Shown here piece by piece: positions 26,876-37,690 of a stretch of 64,000 bases of DNA; the first letter of the stretch is position 1; every line of letters begins with the position of its first letter. Location: assembly GCA_965222375.1 (NCBI GenBank), contig CBDCTZ010000003.1:1-64000 (forward strand), in the 5' to 3' direction. Source of the stretch: Polyangiaceae bacterium. Lineage in GTDB: Bacteria > Myxococcota_A > Polyangia > Polyangiales > Polyangiaceae. The position numbers and the translations under genes were made by a program. The notes under the pieces were generated by a model. The model saw only the letters and a program-made list of their open reading frames with translations. It was not told the origin of the DNA and did no database searches.

Positions 26876-29800
26876 CTACTCTCCGGGGACCGCGTCTTGC
26901 TGGCGATCGCCTCCAGCAACGAAGCCCGCAATCGCTTGCCAAGCTAACTTGATGTCGTCGACGATGGCGTAGGCGCTGGGCACCAAGATCAGACAGATTG
27001 TGGTGGCGAGCAGGACGCCAAAGCCGAGGCTGATCGCCATGGGGATCAGGAACCGAGCCTGCATGCTCGTCTCGGTGATCATCGGAACCAGACCGAAGAA
27101 GGTCGTCAACGACGTAAGCAAGATGGGCCGAAAGCGCCGCGCACCGCCGGCAACGATGGCCTGTCGCCGGGACATACCTTGGGCGCGGAAGCCATTGGCG
27201 GCATCCACCAAGATCAGGCTGTCGTTCACGACAACTCCGGACAGCGCGACGACTCCCATCATGCTCATCAGGGACAGGTCGTAACCCATGACCACGTGTC
27301 CCAGAACCGCACCAACCAGTCCAAATGGGATCACACCCATGATGATGACGGGCTGAGCGTAGCTGCGAAATACGACCGAGAGCAGACCAAAGATGGCGAT
27401 CAAAGCAAAGACGAAGCCCTTGCCCAACGCGCCCATGGTTTCGGCTTGGTTCTTCTGCTCGCCCTCCAAGGCGTAGGTGAGACCGTCGAACTCCGCGAGG
27501 ATGCCGGGAAGCGCGTCTCGCTCTACGTCCGAGACGATCTTGTTTGCATTGGCAATGGCTGCGTCCACCTCCGCCGTCACCCGCACCACGCGTCGGCCGT
27601 CGTTGCGTGTGATGCTCGTGTAGGAGCGACCGCGTTTGATGTCTGCAGCCTGCGCGAGGGGGATTTCTCCGCCACCGGGAGTTCGAATCATCAACCGCTC
27701 GATGTCGTGCTCGCTGCCTCGCTCTGCCTTTGGCAGGCGGACGTAGACGCGCAACTCGTCGCGTCCTCGCTGTTGGCGCACAGCTTCGGCTCCGAAAAAG
27801 GAACTGCGCACCTGACGGGCCAGCTCGACCTCGGCCAGCCCCAACGCACGCGCGCTCGGTTTGAGCTTCAAGTCCAGCTGGTCCTTTCCGGCTGCGAATC
27901 CGTTGTCGATGTCGTAGACGCCGTTGTACACCGCCAGCTTGTTCGCCAGCTGCTGGGCCGCCATTTCTAGGACCCGGATGTCTTTGTGGGACAGGGCTAT
28001 GTCGACAGCTGCCCCAGCGCTAGGCCCGGTGGAGCCCGCGAACTTCATGGTGCGAACGCCCGCGATTTCCCCAACGCTGTCGCGCCAGCGGCGCATGAAC
28101 TCCGTAGACGAAAAGGGCCGGTCTTTCAGGGGCACCAGATACACCGCGACCTCGGCCAGGTGACTACCGCCGGCGCCCTTCACCGCCGCCATGGGGCCAC
28201 CTCGCATGGAGCCGCTATCGCCCACTTGCGAGAAGATCCCGCGCACCACGTTCTTGCTTTCGCCCATTTCAGTCAGGAGCGATTGCGCGGTTTCGACCAT
28301 ACGCTCGGACACTTCGCGCGTTTCTTTGGCGGACGTACCGTAGGGCATCTCCAACTGGCCCACGATCACGTCACTGTCCACCTTCGGCATGAAGGTGAAG
28401 TTCACCCTGCCGCCAGCCACCAGCCCCATGACGGCAAGGAATACTCCGCTGGCTATCGCCCAAGTCAGGTAGCGGCGTGACAGCGCCATGTCGATCGACG
28501 GCACGTAGTAGCGTTGGATGATCCACTCAACGAATCGACTGAAACGCTGTTGGGTGCGCTCAATCCAAGCGTAAATCCGACCTTGGCTGAAACGCCCAAG
28601 CGCCAACAGAACGACGGCGCCGATGAGCAACGACGCCACACCGTAGCCGATGGCGTACTTCGGCCCCTGAGGCAAGCCGACCATGAGGCCGACGGCCATG
28701 GCCCCGGTTGGCACAAGCACCGCAGAACCGCTATGTGCCAGATGCGCAGGCAAGACCAGCAGGCTCTCGACCAGCGAAATGAACAAGACAGCGATCACCA
28801 CGATGGGGATGAGCCGAAAGAACTTTCCTGCCGGGCCGGGCACAAAGAGCATTGGAGAAAACGCGACGATGGTCGTAATGACCGCGAACGTCACTGGGAC
28901 CGCGACTTCCCGCACGCCCGCCACGGCGGCGTGCATTTTGCTCAAGCCTTCTCTTTGCTTCGTATAAATAGCCTCGCCCACGACGATGGCGTCGTCGACC
29001 ACAATGCCCAGACACACGATGAACGCAAACAGCGAGATCATGTTGATGGACGCATCCCAAGCCGGCAGGAAGAGCAGCGCGCCGATGAAGGAAATGGGAA
29101 TGCCCAAGGTCACCCACAGCGCTAGTCGGAGCTCCAAGAAGAGCCCGAGCACGATCATCACGAGGATGAGCCCGATGTTGGCGTTTCGCCTCAGCAGGTC
29201 GACGCGGTCCGCATAGACTTCGGAAGAATCACTCCAAATGCTGAGCTTCACCCCCGGTGGCTGGGATGAACCGTTTTCTTGGACGTAACGATTGACGATG
29301 GCCGAGATCTCGAGCGGCGTTTGGTCGCCCACCCGAAAGACGTTGACCATGGCTGCGCGCTGACCGTTGAAAAAGGCTTCTTGGTCGGTTTCTCGGAAGC
29401 CATCTTTGACCTGTGCGATGTCACCGACCTTCACGGTTGAACCGTCCGCGCGCGACAGCAGCGTGATTTCAGAAAACTCCTCGCCGCTGTCGCGGCGTTC
29501 TGCGGTGCGCAGCAAGACTTCGCCGCTAGGGGTCTTCACTCCGCCTCCGGGCAGCTCCACGGACGCTCCACCGACCCGTTGAGCGACTTGCTCCAGGGTC
29601 AGCCCGTAGCGCCGTAACTGCTCTCGGGGTACCTCGATGCTCACCTCGGGTGGGCGCACCCCGGCAAGTTCCACGAGGGTGACATCGGGGTTGGCGAGCA
29701 GGTCGTCGCGTACTCCTTCCGCGAGATCCCGAAGCGCCTTCTCCGTCGCGTCGCCGTGAACCATGATGCTCACGACCTGTCTGCGGGACTGAGCCAGGCT

Positions 29801-30259
29801 GACGATCGGCCGCTCCACGTCCTTGGGGAAGCTCGTAACTCGGTCGACGGCGCTCTTGACATCGGCAAGGGCGCGATCCGAGTTGGTGCCCAGTATCAGC
29901 TCGATGACAACGGTGCCGACACCCTCACCCGCGGTGCCGCGCACCTCCTTGACCCCGTCCACGGACCGTACGATCTCTTCGAGGGCAAGAATGACCCCTT
30001 GCTCCACTTCGGCAGGGCTGGCACCCGGGTACGGGACGCTGATCAGGACCAGGTCCAACTCGAACTCCGGGAACACCTCCTGTTTGATGCTGGGCAGCGT
30101 GAATAGCCCGCCGATGATCAGCACCAACATCAACAAGTTGGAGGCAACCGCATTTTTCGTCATCCAGGCCAGAGGGCCCTTGCGACGTGCAACGTCGCCC
30201 GCACCTCGGGGAGCCGAAGGGGGACCTGAAATCGGGCCGTCCGGCGCCTCGAGCTTCAT
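26876..30259 (-). CDS. RND efflux transporter permease subunit (AcrB family)
   Basis: [41 protein letters not shown] motifs. Confidence 0.95.
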   Translation of the reverse strand: MKLEAPDGPISGPPSAPRGAGDVARRKGPLAWMTKNAVASNLLMLVLIIGGLFTLPSIKQEVFPEFELDLVLISVPYPGASPAEVEQGVILALEEIVRSVDGVKEVRGTAGEGVGTVVIELILGTNSDRALADVKSAVDRVTSFPKDVERPIVSLAQSRRQVVSIMVHGDATEKALRDLAEGVRDDLLANPDVTLVELAGVRPPEVSIEVPREQLRRYGLTLEQVAQRVGGASVELPGGGVKTPSGEVLLRTAERRDSGEEFSEITLLSRADGSTVKVGDIAQVKDGFRETDQEAFFNGQRAAMVNVFRVGDQTPLEISAIVNRYVQENGSSQPPGVKLSIWSDSSEVYADRVDLLRRNANIGLILVMIVLGLFLELRLALWVTLGIPISFIGALLFLPAWDASINMISLFAFIVCLGIVVDDAIVVGEAIYTKQREGLSKMHAAVAGVREVAVPVTFAVITTIVAFSPMLFVPGPAGKFFRLIPIVVIAVLFISLVESLLVLPAHLAHSGSAVLVPTGAMAVGLMVGLPQGPKYAIGYGVASLLIGAVVLLALGRFSQGRIYAWIERTQQRFSRFVEWIIQRYYVPSIDMALSRRYLTWAIASGVFLAVMGLVAGGRVNFTFMPKVDSDVIVGQLEMPYGTSAKETREVSERMVETAQSLLTEMGESKNVVRGIFSQVGDSGSMRGGPMAAVKGAGGSHLAEVAVYLVPLKDRPFSSTEFMRRWRDSVGEIAGVRTMKFAGSTGPSAGAAVDIALSHKDIRVLEMAAQQLANKLAVYNGVYDIDNGFAAGKDQLDLKLKPSARALGLAEVELARQVRSSFFGAEAVRQQRGRDELRVYVRLPKAERGSEHDIERLMIRTPGGGEIPLAQAADIKRGRSYTSITRNDGRRVVRVTAEVDAAIANANKIVSDVERDALPGILAEFDGLTYALEGEQKNQAETMGALGKGFVFALIAIFGLLSVVFRSYAQPVIIMGVIPFGLVGAVLGHVVMGYDLSLMSMMGVVALSGVVVNDSLILVDAANGFRAQGMSRRQAIVAGGARRFRPILLTSLTTFFGLVPMITETSMQARFLIPMAISLGFGVLLATTICLILVPSAYAIVDDIKLAWQAIAGFVAGGDRQQDAVPGE

Positions 30260-31497
30260 TTCTTACCCAGAACGGTCTTCTTCTCGTCGACGGCCTTGCG
30301 AAGCAACATTCCGGGCACAGCGCTGGGAAGCCGACTGACGACGACTTCCTCACCGGGGGAAAGGCCCTTGCGCACCAGGACGGTCTTTGCGCGACGCCAA
30401 GCAACATCCACGCGGCGCACGACGAGGCGGTCTTCTTTTCCGAACACGTACACGCTGTCACCGTTTCGCAGGGCCAATCGTGGAACCTCGACCACTTCGT
30501 CGAGGATCTTCGCCTCGATCGCGACTTCCACGTAGGCACCAAGCAGAAGCGGCAACTCGGATTGAGTGTCCGGCTGCGTCTCCGTGTCTTTCTTCGTTGG
30601 CTTTCCGCCGCTGTCCAGTCCAAAAGGATCGTCGATCGCCACCAGCACCCGGGCCATGCGGCCTACGGGGTCGAGGTCACCAAGCAAGCGGATGACTCGG
30701 CCCTCCCGCTCGATGCGCTTGCCACCCACTTCTTGCGCCACGATTGCCTTGGAACCCTGCTTTGAGTTGAAGCCGGGCACATCGATGACCGGGAGCTTAT
30801 CCACGGGCACAGACACCTGCACCCAGAACTGATCCGTACCCACCAAGGTCGCGAGAGGGGTCTGCTGGGTGACGAGCTGACCGACGTCCACAGCTTCCAT
30901 CTTCACGAAGCCATTGAAGGGCGCCCGAACCGTCGTTTTCGAAACCGAACGCCTGGCCTGTGCCTGGGCGCTCTTGGCTGACTCGAGACCAGCCTTGGCT
31001 GCGTCGAGTTGGGGTTCGCGCAGGGCCAGCGCTTTGCCCTCTGCCGAGGAGCGCTGGTCTTCGCCAATGATCTTCCACTCTTCTTTGGCGATCTCTCGCC
31101 GCGCCGCCTCCAGCTTGAGCTCGAGCTGCGCTTTGTTGACGTTGGCGCTCTGCTGGCGCAGGGCGAGCCGATAGTCTCGCGCATCGATGCGCACGAGTAC
31201 GTCGCCCTTCTTGAAGCGCCCACCGGGGACCAGCTCTTTGTGCTGCCAAACCACGCGCCCAGCGACTTCGGGCTGGGACGTGATCTGCTCGGCGGCGATC
31301 ACGGTCCCCGTCTCGACCACGCGCAGGCGTTCCTTCACCCCGTGCACGGGCGCCGTGGTCACTAGGGCACCCCGCTCGTCGCGGGCCTTCTTTTCGGCCT
31401 CGGGCTTGGTCTTGATCATCACGCCCATCACGGCCGCGCCCGCGCCCAGGGCGAGCACGGGCAACAAGACGCGCAGGATGGTGCGCCCAACGCTCAT
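30256..31497 (-). CDS. RND efflux periplasmic adaptor (MFP)
   Basis: [17 protein letters not shown], coiled coil, VRAPFNG, GLSPGE.V; ATGA overlaps with neighbours. Confidence 0.93.
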   Translation of the reverse strand: MSVGRTILRVLLPVLALGAGAAVMGVMIKTKPEAEKKARDERGALVTTAPVHGVKERLRVVETGTVIAAEQITSQPEVAGRVVWQHKELVPGGRFKKGDVLVRIDARDYRLALRQQSANVNKAQLELKLEAARREIAKEEWKIIGEDQRSSAEGKALALREPQLDAAKAGLESAKSAQAQARRSVSKTTVRAPFNGFVKMEAVDVGQLVTQQTPLATLVGTDQFWVQVSVPVDKLPVIDVPGFNSKQGSKAIVAQEVGGKRIEREGRVIRLLGDLDPVGRMARVLVAIDDPFGLDSGGKPTKKDTETQPDTQSELPLLLGAYVEVAIEAKILDEVVEVPRLALRNGDSVYVFGKEDRLVVRRVDVAWRRAKTVLVRKGLSPGEEVVVSRLPSAVPGMLLRKAVDEKKTVLGKK

Positions 31498-32162
31498 GAC
31501 AGCTTCCTATTAGGGCCAGACTGCGGATTGCCAAGCGCGTCCAGCAGCAAATCGACGAAAGAAACCGCCCATTGATCCCAGTCGATGGGTTCGGGCATGC
31601 GGCGGGTAACCTCGGTGCTGTTGCCCCTCAAAGTGAGCAGCCCGTAGGTGGCGCCCCAGAGCTGAGTGGATACGACTGTGCTGTCCAAATCGGGACGAAG
31701 GCTGCCATCCTGCTTGCCGAGCTCGATGGTTTCCACGGCCACGGAATAGACGCTGCGGATCAGCGCCTTGTATTCCGCAAATCGCGGGGTGTCGTGGTCA
31801 ACGGTGTACTCGCTGGAGAGCCAGCTGGTGGCAACTCGAAAGCGAGCGCGGTGCTGCACCGCGAAGTCGACCTTTGCTAGCAACAGCCGGCGCATTCGCT
31901 CTCGACCCGTGCCGCCCAGCTGTCGTGCTTTTTCGAAATGCTCGAGCAGCCCACTCAGAGCGCGCATGGCGATGGCCAGATAGAGCTCATCCTTGCCCTT
32001 GAAATACAGGTAGAGCGTGCCTTTGCTCACCTCGGCGTCGTGGGCGATCTCCTCCATCGTGGCCGAGGACAGCCCCTTGGCTAGAAACACCCGCTCAGCC
32101 GCATCCAAGATGCACTGCCTGCGTTCTTCTTTTTCGCGCTGTCGACGCTCTAGGACGCCCAT
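31494..32162 (-). CDS. TetR/AcrR family transcriptional regulator
   Basis: ILDAAERVF..G..ATMEEIA..AEVSKGTLYLYFKGKDEL HTH. Confidence 0.95.
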   Translation of the reverse strand: MGVLERRQREKEERRQCILDAAERVFLAKGLSSATMEEIAHDAEVSKGTLYLYFKGKDELYLAIAMRALSGLLEHFEKARQLGGTGRERMRRLLLAKVDFAVQHRARFRVATSWLSSEYTVDHDTPRFAEYKALIRSVYSVAVETIELGKQDGSLRPDLDSTVVSTQLWGATYGLLTLRGNSTEVTRRMPEPIDWDQWAVSFVDLLLDALGNPQSGPNRKLS

Positions 32163-32179
32163 GTTGGCCCAAACCGGAG

Positions 32180-32196
32180 ACTGACCGGCGGTCAGT
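32180..32196. promoter_or_regulatory. TetR operator (perfect 8-1-8 palindrome)
   Basis: ACTGACCG-G-CGGTCAGT, 17 nt upstream of the tetR start codon. Confidence 0.8.
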
Positions 32197-32291
32197 GTAT
32201 GAACGATAGTTAGGCCCATGGGGTCCCGCCCGCAAGTCCACGGCGGGCAGCACCCCATTTTACTTCAGTGATTCTAGATACTTGGAAAGCC

Positions 32292-33893
32292 CTAGGCTTT
32301 GACGCTGCAGCTCAAGATCTCGCTGGTCAGCACGGGCACGTCATTCTGCTTGGCGATGTAGACGACGAGGAGCCTGTCGTCCGACAGCGCGAACAAATGG
32401 GACTCACTCACCTGGTCGTTTTCGGGCGTGACGCCGAAGGGTTTGCCGGCTGGGGCGAGCGCCTCATCGACCGGGACCACCTCGAGCTGGCCCCTGCGCC
32501 GATCGCCCCGGTGGTAGGCCAGCCAGCGCTGGCTGCCGAGCTTGGCCAAGGTGGGTTCGGCAAAGGACGTATCCGGACCCTCAAGCTTGATCGGCTCCAG
32601 ACTGCGCGGCAGCGCACGATTGAGTGGGCCGTAGCGCATCTGCCAGCGATCCCGCGCGACCTTCTGCGCCATTAGCACTCGAGTGTCTCCCCCCTCACTG
32701 AAGAAGCGCGGCAGACTCGGATACCCACCCCGATAACTCTTGCGACCGCCACGCAGGCGATAGTTCTTGTCCAGGTGATAACCGAACAAGCTGCCCCGGT
32801 AGCGACCGAAGACGGCGTGTTCGTCTCCCCCCAGTTCCACTCCAACCGCCGACTCGAGGGTATGTAGGTCTTTCGGATCTCGTGGCTCCTTGGGCAGCGC
32901 GTGGGAGTCCAGCATGATGTAGCCGCGCCCTGCGTTCGGAGCGACAAAGGTTCGCATCGACCATTTGATTCCCGCTGGCTCGCGAGCGCCATACAGCTCC
33001 GAACCCACGCCCCACACTTCCCCATCGTCGTCGACAAAGGTGCGGCAGTCGCGGATTTCTCGCAAAGGCTTGGTCTTTTCCTTCTTGGCCTCCTTGGGCG
33101 GTGCGGGCGCCGGCGCGGGCTTCGCGGGAGCCGCACCGGCGGGTGGCGCGGGAGCCGCACCGGCGGGTGGCGCGGGCTTCGCGGGAGCCGCACCGGCGGG
33201 TGGCGCGGCGCCTGGCGCGGAGCGTTTTGGAAGCTTCAAGCGACCTTTGACGACAGCGCGTGCCACAGCGGCAGAGCGCGCGACTGGGGAGGCCTTGGCA
33301 GCGGGCTTCGCCTCGCCGTCCTCGGCTTCCTTCTTGGCGCGCTTGACCGCCGGCGTTCCATCAAAGAGCAATACGGGTTTGCGCTCACTGACGAGTTCGC
33401 ACGCAATGCGCCGACGACCGTCAGCATGCTTGTCTCGGTAGTCCGCGTAGGCGGTGGTGATCCCGCCGGCACGCACGGGCGTGACCCGCTGCAGATCTCT
33501 GCGGCTCTTCTTGTTTTTCAACTTCGTCGCCAGGGGCGACCCGGCGTAGGGCTTGGGCCGAACCATTCGCCCCTGACCTTTCGCGTCGAAGACGACGATG
33601 TGCGGGCGGTTGCCGAGCGCAACGCCGAGGGCGAGCTTGTTCCCGAGCTTCCGAGGCGTGATGCCGGTGCGTTGGTTGACCCACTTGCCCCACACCTTGC
33701 TCTCGACCACGGTGCACACTGCGTCCTCGCCAGGCGCGGCAGCGACACGCGGCGCGGCGGACCCGGCCGTGGCGGCAGAGGCAGAGGCACTTATCGCGCC
33801 GGCTTCTTGCTCGCCACCTGTGAGGCTTTTCAGCTTCCCACAACCCAGCAAGGCCACCAACAGGACGGGTCCGGTCCAAGATCGCGTCATCAT
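32292..33893 (-). CDS. Hypothetical lipoprotein with Pro/Ala repeat insert
   Basis: Lipobox LLGC; central PPAGAAPA repeats; beta-rich remainder. Confidence 0.75.
   Translation of the reverse strand: MMTRSWTGPVLLVALLGCGKLKSLTGGEQEAGAISASASAATAGSAAPRVAAAPGEDAVCTVVESKVWGKWVNQRTGITPRKLGNKLALGVALGNRPHIVVFDAKGQGRMVRPKPYAGSPLATKLKNKKSRRDLQRVTPVRAGGITTAYADYRDKHADGRRRIACELVSERKPVLLFDGTPAVKRAKKEAEDGEAKPAAKASPVARSAAVARAVVKGRLKLPKRSAPGAAPPAGAAPAKPAPPAGAAPAPPAGAAPAKPAPAPAPPKEAKKEKTKPLREIRDCRTFVDDDGEVWGVGSELYGAREPAGIKWSMRTFVAPNAGRGYIMLDSHALPKEPRDPKDLHTLESAVGVELGGDEHAVFGRYRGSLFGYHLDKNYRLRGGRKSYRGGYPSLPRFFSEGGDTRVLMAQKVARDRWQMRYGPLNRALPRSLEPIKLEGPDTSFAEPTLAKLGSQRWLAYHRGDRRRGQLEVVPVDEALAPAGKPFGVTPENDQVSESHLFALSDDRLLVVYIAKQNDVPVLTSEILSCSVKA
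33123..33203. repeat. Three perfect 24-nt copies encoding PPAGAAPA
   Basis: CGCGGGAGCCGCACCGGCGGGTGG at 33123, 33147 and 33180. Confidence 0.9.
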
Positions 33894-33993
33894 TTGTGAG
33901 CACTGATACCGCGGCGTGCCGCCTTCGTCCACGCGGCCGACAAACCTGCACGCTAGCCCCCTCTGCTTGGAGCGGTTTGGTCAGATCAGGCTC

Positions 33994-34473
33994 ATGGACT
34001 ACTCTCGGCACCCATTGGCAGCACCTCCCGAAAACCTGGCGACAGTTGTCGCCACCTGGTTTGGCTGCGGCAAAGCGCCGAAAGCGCCCGGCACCGTCGG
34101 CTCGCTCGGAGCACTGCCGCTGCACTTCCTGCTGCGCCGCCTGGGTGGTGGGGCGTACGCCCTAACCACGTTGGGGTTGTTCGTTGTGGGAGTCTGGTCT
34201 TCCCAGAAGGAGGCCGACCGCTTGGAGATCCCCGATCCGCAGAGCGTGGTCATCGATGAAGTCGTGGGAGCTCTGATTGCGATGGGGCTCGCGGGCGGTG
34301 GAGCAGGTACCGCACTGGCGGCGCTGGCGTTGTTTCGCGCCTTCGATATCGCCAAGCCGGGAGTGATCGACGACGTCCAACACGTCGAGCCCGAAGGCAT
34401 GGGAATCATGCTCGACGACGTGTTGGCGGGCGTTTCCGCCGGGGCCCTCGCGCGGATGCTATTCCGTCGCTAG
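33994..34473 (+). CDS. pgpA: Phosphatidylglycerophosphatase A
   Basis: ATWFGCG..PKAPGTVGS, DPQSVVIDEVVG, FRAFDIAKP, GIMLDDVLAG. Confidence 0.93.
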   Translation: MDYSRHPLAAPPENLATVVATWFGCGKAPKAPGTVGSLGALPLHFLLRRLGGGAYALTTLGLFVVGVWSSQKEADRLEIPDPQSVVIDEVVGALIAMGLAGGGAGTALAALALFRAFDIAKPGVIDDVQHVEPEGMGIMLDDVLAGVSAGALARMLFRR

Positions 34474-34653
34474 TTGCATCGATTCTATCGAATCGATGCA
34501 CTAGCCCTGTTCATCGGGAGCACAGCTCCCGCCCCGCTGAAGTGAATTACGCGCTTCGCGATACCCGACGGGGTGCAGGGGGGCCCCAACCTCTGGTTTC
34601 GGGGCCCCAACCTCGAAACGACTCCTCGGTCTGATCGAATCGATTGCACTAGC
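34469..34653. repeat. Repeat-rich structured intergenic element upstream of hxsB
   Basis: Hairpin 34469-34505; its 3' arm recurs at 34634-34653; 14-nt direct repeat GGGGCCCCAACCTC at 34580 and 34601. Confidence 0.75.
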
Positions 34654-34693
34654 TCCGCTTGTGGCCGGGAGAACATGCCATGATGAAGCAACC

Positions 34694-36184
34694 ATGTTGC
34701 CGTTGAAGAACCTGTCCACGCTGCCAAAAAGTAGTGGCAAGCTACTGCCTTTTCGCTGTCGCCCCATTGGTGGCTCCGTGCTTATGACGACCGACTTCGG
34801 GGACTTCGCCTTCGTCAGCGAAGACGAGATTCAGGCGCTGTATCAGGGTCAGCTTTCTCCGGAGCTGGAAGACAAGCTCACCGAGCGGGGGTTCATTCGA
34901 GACAAGGTCAGTGAGGCCCGGTTGGTGCAGCGCGTGGCGGGAAGGCGGCGCTTTCTACGCCACGGTCCGAACCTCAGCATTCTCGTCGTCACCCTGCGCT
35001 GCAACGAAACTTGCGTCTACTGCCACGCCAGCCGCGCGGAAATGACACAAACCGAAACCAACATGTCTCGGGAGACCGCGGAGAAGGCCGTCGAGCTGGC
35101 CCTGCAGAGTACTTCACCGCGCATCACCATCGAATTCCAGGGTGGCGAGCCCCTCGTGAACTTCGATGTCATGAAGCACGCCATCGAGCACGCCCTGGAG
35201 AAGAACCAAGCCTACGGCAAGGAGCTCGAGTTCACTCTGGTCAGCAACCTGGCCCTGATGGACGACGAGAAGCTCGAATACCTCGTTGGGCGCAAGGTCC
35301 AGATTTGCACCAGTATCGACGGGCCAGAGATGCTGCACAACAAGCAGCGTGTTCTTCCGTTGGGCAACGCGTTCCAAGAAGCCGCCAATGGCATTCGTCG
35401 AGTGAACGCCTGCTACAAAGCGCAAGGCTTGGATCCCGTGCTCTACCACGTGGAAGCATTACCCACGATCACTCGCGGTGCCCTGGGTCACGCCAAAGGG
35501 ATTGTCGATACCTTCGTCGATCTGGGCTGCCTCTCGATATTCTTACGCCCAGTCGACCCCTTCGGCTTTGCCGAAAAGACCCAAGACAAGATCGAATATG
35601 AGCGCTCGCAGTACATGCAATTTTACCGCGAGGCCCTGGACTACATTCTGGAGCTAAACGCCCAGGGCACTCGGGTCATGGAGCGCTATGCCGCCATCTT
35701 CTTGACCAAGATTCTGACCGGTGAGGATCCGAACTTCTTGGACATCCGCTCCCCTGGCGGTGCGGGCATCGGGCAGCTGACCTTCAACTACGATGGCGCC
35801 GTGTACACCAGCGATGAAGGTCGCATGCTTGCGGAAACCGGCGACCGTACTTTCCAAATTGGTCACGTAGACACGGCGCGCTATCGCGATCTCGTCATGC
35901 ACGACACAGTGCGTTCGCTGGTGGTCGCTTCCAATCTGGACGGACAACCCGACTGCGTGGTCTGCACCTACAACCCCTATTGCGGCAACAAGCCGGAGCA
36001 CAGCTATCGGACCCAAGGCTCGATCTTTGGCCGCATGCGGGAGAGCGATATTTGCGCGGTGCACAAAGGCATCCAGGACGCGCTGTTCGAGAAGTTGCTC
36101 GAAGATGACCCCACGACTCGGGAGACCTTCCGGCGCTGGACAACCGTGCGAGAACGCTCGCACTTTCTGCAGAGCGGCCGCTGA
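34694..36184 (+). CDS. hxsB: His-Xaa-Ser system radical SAM maturase HxsB
   Basis: LLPFR..GDF.F N-terminus, VVTLRCNETCVYCHAS, IEFQGGEP, SIFLRPVDPFGFA, DIRSP.GAGIG..FNYDG.VYTSDEGRML, SPASM-like CVVC..PYCG..C. Confidence 0.85.
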   Translation: MLPLKNLSTLPKSSGKLLPFRCRPIGGSVLMTTDFGDFAFVSEDEIQALYQGQLSPELEDKLTERGFIRDKVSEARLVQRVAGRRRFLRHGPNLSILVVTLRCNETCVYCHASRAEMTQTETNMSRETAEKAVELALQSTSPRITIEFQGGEPLVNFDVMKHAIEHALEKNQAYGKELEFTLVSNLALMDDEKLEYLVGRKVQICTSIDGPEMLHNKQRVLPLGNAFQEAANGIRRVNACYKAQGLDPVLYHVEALPTITRGALGHAKGIVDTFVDLGCLSIFLRPVDPFGFAEKTQDKIEYERSQYMQFYREALDYILELNAQGTRVMERYAAIFLTKILTGEDPNFLDIRSPGGAGIGQLTFNYDGAVYTSDEGRMLAETGDRTFQIGHVDTARYRDLVMHDTVRSLVVASNLDGQPDCVVCTYNPYCGNKPEHSYRTQGSIFGRMRESDICAVHKGIQDALFEKLLEDDPTTRETFRRWTTVRERSHFLQSGR

Positions 36185-36240
36185 AGCACGAAAACTTGGC
36201 GGGTGACGAGGGGCCCAAGTCGTCGTAGATCTTCGCCGCC

Positions 36241-37689
36241 ATGAAGACGAGCCTTTCTCAAGCCGAAATCGACAGCCAAGTTGCCCCGCTGAAGGATGCC
36301 GAAGCGCGTTTCGCCCGACAGTACCCGGGGGAAACCGGAAGCCGACAGCCAGTGCACACAGTCTACGGCGGTGCAAACCTATTCAAAGCCACCACCGCCA
36401 AGAAGCTGGGCGAGCTTGGCGCGCGCGTACTCAAGGGCTACGCACCTGACGCGTTTACGTTCGCTCGCGCCCTAAACTTGCCTGGAAGCGCTCAGTTGCC
36501 ATCGCAGCTGAGCGAAGCAGAGGCCGTGGTCGCCGCTGTTCGCAAGAACCCTGACGTCGCGCGACAAGTCAATCGCCCCGCCTGGCTGGCCTCGACGATC
36601 TACGACCGCATCCTCGAGAAACTCAGTCGCGAAGCAGTCGAGGACTTCCGCATTGACTTCGAGGACGGCTACGGAAACCGCCCGGACGAAGAGGAAGACA
36701 AGGATGCCATCCGCACAGCTGGTGAAGTCGCTGCTGGCATGAAGGAAAGCTCGCTCCCGCCCTTCCTCGGCATCCGAATCAAGCCCCTCACTGCTGAACT
36801 GCGACCGCGAGCGATTCGAACCCTCGACCTGTTTCTGACCGAGCTGGTGGCCAAGTCGGACAAGAAGCTGCCCGACAACTTCGTGATCACGCTTCCCAAG
36901 ATCACCATCCCGGAAGAGGTCACCACTCTGGTGAAGCTGCTGTCTGCTCTGGAAGACAAGACAGGGCTGGCCAAGGGATCTCTGCGCATGGAGATCATGA
37001 TCGAGCAAACCCAGGTCATCGTGGGTGCGAGCGGCACCGCCGGCCTCGCCCCACTGATCGCAGCTGGTGAGGGACGAATCGTCGCCGCCCACTTCGGGAC
37101 CTACGATTACACGGCGAGCTGCAACATCACCGCGGCCTATCAGAGCATGACCCACGCTTCCTGCGACTTCGCCAAACACGTGATGCAGGTTTCTCTAGCC
37201 AATACTGGCGTGTGGATGAGCGATGGCGCCACCACCATCATGCCCATCGCGCCCCACCCGGCGAAGAAAGATGGTCCCCCGCTGAGCCCGCGCCAGATCA
37301 CCGAGAACACGGAGTCCGTGCACCGCGCGTGGAAGCTGCACTTCGACCAGGCCACGCACTCTTTGGTCAACGGCTTCTACCAAGGTTGGGATTTGCATCC
37401 CGGGCAGCTGCCAACACGCTACGCCGCTGTGTATTCGTTCTTCTTGCAGGGTCTGGACACCGCAAGCGAGCGGCTCACGAAGTTCGTCGACGCCGCGGCC
37501 CAGGCCACGCTGGTCGGAGACACCTTCGACGACGCGGCTACGGGCCAGGGCCTGCTGAACTTCTTCCTGCGGGCGAAGAACTGCGGCGCCCTCACCGCCG
37601 AAGAGTCGGTTCGCCTCAGCGGCCTGTCCGCTGAAGAGCTGGGCAGCCGCTCCTTCGTCAAGATCCTAGACGGCCGCCGCAAGAAGTAG
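36241..37689 (+). CDS. HpcH/HpaI aldolase / CitE / malate-synthase-like TIM-barrel enzyme (DUF6986-like)
   Basis: RQPVHTVYGGA, EDFRIDFEDGYG, GIRIK, TLPK, EIMIE, HFGTYDY, SDGAT, GFYQGWDLHP.QL. Confidence 0.8.
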   Translation: MKTSLSQAEIDSQVAPLKDAEARFARQYPGETGSRQPVHTVYGGANLFKATTAKKLGELGARVLKGYAPDAFTFARALNLPGSAQLPSQLSEAEAVVAAVRKNPDVARQVNRPAWLASTIYDRILEKLSREAVEDFRIDFEDGYGNRPDEEEDKDAIRTAGEVAAGMKESSLPPFLGIRIKPLTAELRPRAIRTLDLFLTELVAKSDKKLPDNFVITLPKITIPEEVTTLVKLLSALEDKTGLAKGSLRMEIMIEQTQVIVGASGTAGLAPLIAAGEGRIVAAHFGTYDYTASCNITAAYQSMTHASCDFAKHVMQVSLANTGVWMSDGATTIMPIAPHPAKKDGPPLSPRQITENTESVHRAWKLHFDQATHSLVNGFYQGWDLHPGQLPTRYAAVYSFFLQGLDTASERLTKFVDAAAQATLVGDTFDDAATGQGLLNFFLRAKNCGALTAEESVRLSGLSAEELGSRSFVKILDGRRKK

Positions 37690-37690
37690 C

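Noticed and set aside
34485..34767. Short minus-strand ORFs upstream of hxsB as the HxsA precursor
   Set aside because: No His-Xaa-Ser repeats; they are antisense to and overlap the hxsB start, with no SD.
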